Of a stretch of 48,649 bases of DNA, positions 44,263-48,649 are shown piece by piece. Source of the DNA: Candidatus Methylomirabilis sp. GTDB taxonomy: Bacteria; Methylomirabilota; Methylomirabilia; Methylomirabilales; Methylomirabilaceae. The first letter of the stretch is position 1; each line of letters opens with the position of its first letter. Location: positions 1-48,649 of the forward strand of contig JBGQJI010000003.1 of NCBI GenBank assembly GCA_041498975.1, in the 5' to 3' direction. The position numbers were made by a program, and so were the translations under genes. The notes below the pieces were generated by a model. That model saw only the letters and a program-made list of their open reading frames with translations. It did no database searches and was not told the DNA's origin.

Positions 44263-44409
44263 TGCGCTTTCGGTGGACGTTCGTGCGGAACCGCGTGCCC
44301 GAGCATTCGAAATCGCATGGCCGACGTCGGGCGCAATCGACCGGTCCACCACAAGCCATCGACTTTTCTGCGTTCGGGTGCCTCTCGGAGGTGTGGCGCG
44401 GTCTTTGCC
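44263..44409 (+). promoter_or_regulatory. Sigma-54 promoter module 2 (same architecture as module 1)
   Basis: Boxes at 44263, 44284, 44306; CAAGCCATCGACT at 44352; TGGCGC-N5-TTGCC at 44394. Confidence 0.75.
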
Positions 44410-44441
44410 GGCTGATGTGTCGGTCACAAACGGAGGGTCAG

Positions 44442-44570
44442 TTGAACACAACGACGGCAAATCTCCGCCGCGATCAGAACGAGTGCGTCGGGAAGGCCTT
44501 GGACAGCGTCGGTTCCCACGTCGCGCATGACCTCTCGATCCGGTGCATGGAGTTGCGGGGGTACAAATGA
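44442..44570 (+). CDS. Possible 42-aa peptide coupled to the HlyD gene
   Basis: GGAGGG 4-5 nt before [45 protein letters not shown]; stop overlaps the next ATG (ATGA). Confidence 0.4.
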   Translation: MNTTTANLRRDQNECVGKALDSVGSHVAHDLSIRCMELRGYK

Positions 44571-45757
44571 CCCTACTCACCACCGAAAAGACGATGGACG
44601 CAGCTGGACCACCTGATCCACCGCGTCGGCGCGGGCTCGGGATGAGCGGCCGAGCGATGAAACGCATCGCCATCGCCGGCGCGCTGGTTCTCGTCGCGCT
44701 CGCGGGCTGGGCCACCTGGCACTACTCGGACACGGCCCGCGGCGTCGTCTCGAGGGTCGTCGAGTACTTCCGGGGGCCCACGCTTCCACCGGGGTTCGCG
44801 TCTGGGAACGGCCGCATCGAGGCCACCGAGTACGACATCGCCACCAAGCGGCCGACCCGGATCATCGCGGTCCTGGTTAAGGAGGGCGACCTCGTCGAGC
44901 CCGGCCAGGTCCTCGTCCGGATGGATATGGCTGACCTGGAAGCGGATCGGAGGACGAACCAAGCCCAGCTGGAGCAGGCACGCGAGGACAAGCGACGGGC
45001 GCTGGCCACGGTCGTTCAGCGAGCGAGCGAGTTGCAGAGCTCGCTGGCGGCGATCGCCCAGCGCGAGAGCGAGCTGGTCCTGGCCAGGCAGGATGTCGAG
45101 CGCGCCCTGCCGCTCCTCGCGCCCGGCGCGATCAACCGCCAGGAGTACGACCAGTACGTGAGCCGTCGCGCGTCGGCCGAGGCGGCGCTCACCCAGGCCC
45201 AAGCCGTGAGAGAGGCCGCCAAGGCGGCGCTGGAAGCGGCGCGAGTCGACGTGGACTTTCGAGAGGCCGCCATCCGGGCGGCCACCGCGCGCATCGAGCG
45301 AGTCACGACGGATATCGACGACAGCACGCTCAAGTCCCCCATCCTCGGACGCGTCCAGGTCAAGGTGGCCGAGCGGGGGGAGGTGCTCTCGGCCGGCGGC
45401 CGCGTGCTCAATCTGGTCGACCTGACCGACGTGTACATGACCTTCTTCCTGCCGACGGCGACGGCGGGCCGGGTCGCCGTGGGGGCCGAGGTCCGCCTGG
45501 TGCTCGACGCGGCGCCCGACCTCGTGATTCCTGCGCGGACGACCTTCGTCTCCGACGTGGCGCAGTTCACGCCGAAAACCGTGGAGACGAAGGTCGAGCG
45601 TGAGAAGCTGATGTTCCGGATCAAGGCGCACATCCCTGCCGAGCTGCTGAAGCAGCACATCAGGATGGTTAAGACCGGCCTGCCCGGCGTCTCCTACGTC
45701 CGCCTGGATCCCGACGCGAAGTGGCCCGACCACCTCGCCGTGAAGCTTCCGCGATGA
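44567..45757 (+). CDS. HlyD family efflux periplasmic adaptor (YhiI-like)
   Basis: N-terminal [27 protein letters not shown], coiled coil, [16 protein letters not shown]; start uncertain. Confidence 0.93.
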   Translation: MTLLTTEKTMDAAGPPDPPRRRGLGMSGRAMKRIAIAGALVLVALAGWATWHYSDTARGVVSRVVEYFRGPTLPPGFASGNGRIEATEYDIATKRPTRIIAVLVKEGDLVEPGQVLVRMDMADLEADRRTNQAQLEQAREDKRRALATVVQRASELQSSLAAIAQRESELVLARQDVERALPLLAPGAINRQEYDQYVSRRASAEAALTQAQAVREAAKAALEAARVDVDFREAAIRAATARIERVTTDIDDSTLKSPILGRVQVKVAERGEVLSAGGRVLNLVDLTDVYMTFFLPTATAGRVAVGAEVRLVLDAAPDLVIPARTTFVSDVAQFTPKTVETKVEREKLMFRIKAHIPAELLKQHIRMVKTGLPGVSYVRLDPDAKWPDHLAVKLPR

Positions 45758-48540
45758 GTGAGCGTGCGATGGGCGTGCGCGAGCGTCGGGCGGACGCATC
45801 GGGCGAGCCCGCACTGCCCGTCGCGCAGTTGCGGGATGTCAGCCTGCGATACGGAAAGACGCTGGCGCTCGACGCGGTCACCCTCGACGTGCCGGCCGGG
45901 TGCATGGTCGGCGTGATCGGCCCGGATGGCGTCGGCAAGTCCTCCCTGTTCTCGCTGGTTGCCGGCGCGCGCGCGATCCAAACCGGACAGGTCGAGGTCT
46001 TCGGCGGGGACATGGCCGACGCGAGGCACCGCCGCGACGCGTTCCCGCGCATCGCCTACATGCCCCAGGGCCTGGGAAAGAACCTGTATCCGACGCTGTC
46101 GGTGTTCGAGAATGTGGACTTCTTCGGGCGCCTGTTCGGCCATGGCCGCGCCGAGCGCGAGCGCCGCATCGCCGCGCTCCTCGAGGCGACGGGGCTGGCG
46201 CCCTTCCCGCATCGGCCGGCGGGCAAGCTGTCCGGCGGCATGAAGCAGAAGCTGAGCCTGTGCTGCGCGCTCATCCACGACCCGGACCTCTTGATCCTGG
46301 ACGAGCCGACCACGGGCGTCGATCCGCTGTCACGGCGGCAATTCTGGGATCTCATTGACCGCATCCGCGCCGAGCGGCCCGGCATGAGCGTGCTCGTGGC
46401 GACCGCCTACATGGAGGAGGCCGCGCGCTTCGACTGGCTCGTGGCCATGAACGCCGGCCGCGTGCTCGCGACCGGCACCCCGAGCGAGCTCCTGGCGCGG
46501 ACCAGCTCGCGGACGCTCGAAGAGGCCTTCATCGCGCTGCTCCCCGAGGAGCAGCGCCGGGGACACGAGGCGGTCACTATCCCGCCGCGCGCGACGGAGG
46601 CGGCCGACGAGACGGCCATCGAGGCCCACGATCTCACGGCACGGTTCGGCGACTTCGTCGCCGTCGATCACGTGAGCTTCCGCATCGCGCGCGGCGAGAT
46701 CTTCGGGTTCCTCGGCTCGAACGGCTGCGGCAAGACGACCACGATGAAGATGCTGACCGCGCTGCTCTCTCCGAGCGAGGGGCAGGCGTCGCTGTTCGGC
46801 CAGCCGGTGGATGCGAACGACATCGACACGCGTCGCCGCGTCGGCTTCATGACCCAGTCGTTCTCCCTCTACGGCGAGCTGACGGTGCGGCAGAACCTGA
46901 TCCTGCACGCGCGCCTGTTCAAGATGGCCGAAGCGCGCATCGAGGGTCGCGTGCAGGAGATGGCGCAGCGCTTCGGCCTGACCGACGTCATGGACGTATT
47001 GCCGGACACCCTGCCGCTGGGCCAGCGCCAGCGCCTGTCCCTCGCGGTGGCGATGATCCACGGACCGGAGATGCTCATCCTCGACGAGCCCACCTCGGGC
47101 GTGGACCCGGTGGCGCGGGACAACTTCTGGCGGATCATGATCGAGCTGTCTCGCCGCGACGGCGTCACGATCTTCATCTCCACCCACTTCATGAACGAGG
47201 CCGAGCGGTGCGACCGGATCTCGCTCATGCACGCCGGCCGGGTGCTGGTGAGCGATGCGCCGGCGGCGCTCGTGGCCAAGCGCAAGGTCCACACGCTGGA
47301 GGACGCGTTCATCGCGTACCTCGAGGAGGCGGTGGCGGAGCGTAGTTCCGGGCCCGCGGTCGCCGCCGCGCCGGCGTCCGCCCCACCCGCCGCGGTGGTC
47401 GAGAGAACGCGGGCCGGGTTCTTCAGCCTGCCGCGGCTCTTGAGCGTCGCCCGGCGCGAGACGCTCGAGGTTGGTCGCGACCCGATTCGTCTTGGCCTGG
47501 CCATCCTCGGCAGCGTGCTCCTGATGTTCGCGATGAGCTACGGCGTCAACCTGGACGTCGAGAATCTGGCCTTCGCAGGGCTGGATCGCGACCAGACCAC
47601 GGTCAGCCAGAACTACCTGCTGAACATCGCCGGCTCGCGCTACTTCACCGAGCATCCGCCCATCGCCAACGACAGGGAATTCGAGCGGCGCTTGCGCACG
47701 GGCGAGCTGGCGCTGGCCATCGAGATCCCGCCCGAGTTCGCGCGCCACGTCAAGCGCGGCAGCCGCGTGGAGATCGGCGCCTGGCTCGACGGCGCCATGC
47801 CCCGGCGCGCCGACACGGCGCGCAGCTACGTGCAGGGCATGCACCTGCAGTGGCTCAGCGCCCAGGGGCGAGCCCGCATAGGCGTCGCGGCACAGGCCTT
47901 CCAAATCGAGAACCGGTTCCGCTACAACCCCGACGTCAAGAGCATCGTCGCGATGGTGCCAGGGGTGATCCCGTTGCTGCTGCTCCTGATTCCCGCGATC
48001 CTGACCTCCCTGTCGGTGGTGCGCGAGAAGGAGCTCGGCTCCATCGTGAACCTCTACGTCACCCCGACGACCCGGCTGGAGTTCTTGCTGGGCAAGCAGG
48101 CGCCCTACATCGCGCTGGCGATGCTGAACTTCCTCGTGCTCACCGCCTTGGGAATCTGGGTGTTCGGCGTGCCGCTCAAGGGCAGCTTCCCGACATTCGC
48201 GGTCGCGGCGTTCCTGTACGTCACCGCGTCCACGGCCCTCGGCCTCCTGACCTCCAGCTTCCTGCGCAGCCAGACCGCAGCCGTGTTTGCCACGCTGATC
48301 CTGACGTTCACGCCGGCGCAGCAGTTCTCGGGCCTGATCGACCCGGTGACCTCGCTCGAAGGCATCGGAGCGCGGGTCGGCGCCGTGTACCCGACGACCT
48401 ATTTCCTGACCATCGCGCGAGGCGTGTTCTCCAAGGGGCTCGGGTTCGGCGATCTCCGCGCGGAGTTCGTTCCCCTGCTGCTCGCGGGACCGGTGCTGAT
48501 CGGCGTGACCGCGGCGCTGCTCAGGAAGCAGGCGCGCTGA
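45754..48540 (+). CDS. rbbA: RbbA-like double ABC ATPase + ABC-2 permease fusion
   Basis: [49 protein letters not shown]-terminal TM domain with REKELGS. Confidence 0.92.
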   Translation: MSERAMGVRERRADASGEPALPVAQLRDVSLRYGKTLALDAVTLDVPAGCMVGVIGPDGVGKSSLFSLVAGARAIQTGQVEVFGGDMADARHRRDAFPRIAYMPQGLGKNLYPTLSVFENVDFFGRLFGHGRAERERRIAALLEATGLAPFPHRPAGKLSGGMKQKLSLCCALIHDPDLLILDEPTTGVDPLSRRQFWDLIDRIRAERPGMSVLVATAYMEEAARFDWLVAMNAGRVLATGTPSELLARTSSRTLEEAFIALLPEEQRRGHEAVTIPPRATEAADETAIEAHDLTARFGDFVAVDHVSFRIARGEIFGFLGSNGCGKTTTMKMLTALLSPSEGQASLFGQPVDANDIDTRRRVGFMTQSFSLYGELTVRQNLILHARLFKMAEARIEGRVQEMAQRFGLTDVMDVLPDTLPLGQRQRLSLAVAMIHGPEMLILDEPTSGVDPVARDNFWRIMIELSRRDGVTIFISTHFMNEAERCDRISLMHAGRVLVSDAPAALVAKRKVHTLEDAFIAYLEEAVAERSSGPAVAAAPASAPPAAVVERTRAGFFSLPRLLSVARRETLEVGRDPIRLGLAILGSVLLMFAMSYGVNLDVENLAFAGLDRDQTTVSQNYLLNIAGSRYFTEHPPIANDREFERRLRTGELALAIEIPPEFARHVKRGSRVEIGAWLDGAMPRRADTARSYVQGMHLQWLSAQGRARIGVAAQAFQIENRFRYNPDVKSIVAMVPGVIPLLLLLIPAILTSLSVVREKELGSIVNLYVTPTTRLEFLLGKQAPYIALAMLNFLVLTALGIWVFGVPLKGSFPTFAVAAFLYVTASTALGLLTSSFLRSQTAAVFATLILTFTPAQQFSGLIDPVTSLEGIGARVGAVYPTTYFLTIARGVFSKGLGFGDLRAEFVPLLLAGPVLIGVTAALLRKQAR

Positions 48541-48542
48541 CC

Positions 48543-48649
48543 ATGGGCAACATCTGGCACCTCGGCGTCAAGGAGCTGCGCACGCTGCTGCGCGATCCGG
48601 TGATGCTCGTGCTGGTCGCGTGGTGCTTCAGCGGCGCCGTCTACGCGGC
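48543..48649 (+). CDS. ABC-2 permease (YhhJ-like), 3'-truncated by window edge
   Basis: MGNIWHLGVKELRTLLRDPVMLVLV; position after the rbbA-like gene. Confidence 0.85.
   Translation, partial: MGNIWHLGVKELRTLLRDPVMLVLVAWCFSGAVYA

Overview
GC-rich bacterial chromosomal segment, with every credible gene on the + strand. Gene order and style suggest Methylomirabilota/NC10 or a related lineage, but this is a tentative inference. Bases 1-17.7 kb hold tuf (5'-truncated) followed directly by a complete S10-spc-alpha ribosomal protein cluster. Next come a divergent EF-G paralog and a Firmicutes-like rimP-nusA-(ylxR/L7Ae fusion)-infB-DUF503-rbfA-PHP-truB-ribF-rpsO-pnp-M16 peptidase cluster. Then follow purB-purSQL, hom-thrC and a tRNA Gly-Cys-Leu set interrupted by two ORFs. 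After tRNA-Leu(UAA) lies an accessory, higher-GC block. It encodes a double-GAF sigma-54 activator, a small NHLP-clan (RiPP-leader-like) protein, a possible 42-aa peptide and a HlyD/RbbA/YhhJ-type ABC exporter. Two sigma-54 promoter modules in this block have identical architecture (3 UAS-like boxes, an IHF-like site, -24/-12). The most notable non-coding structures are two self-nested MITE-like elements with GTGCCGTTCCAACT inverted ends and many intergenic inverted heptamer arrays built from several different units.
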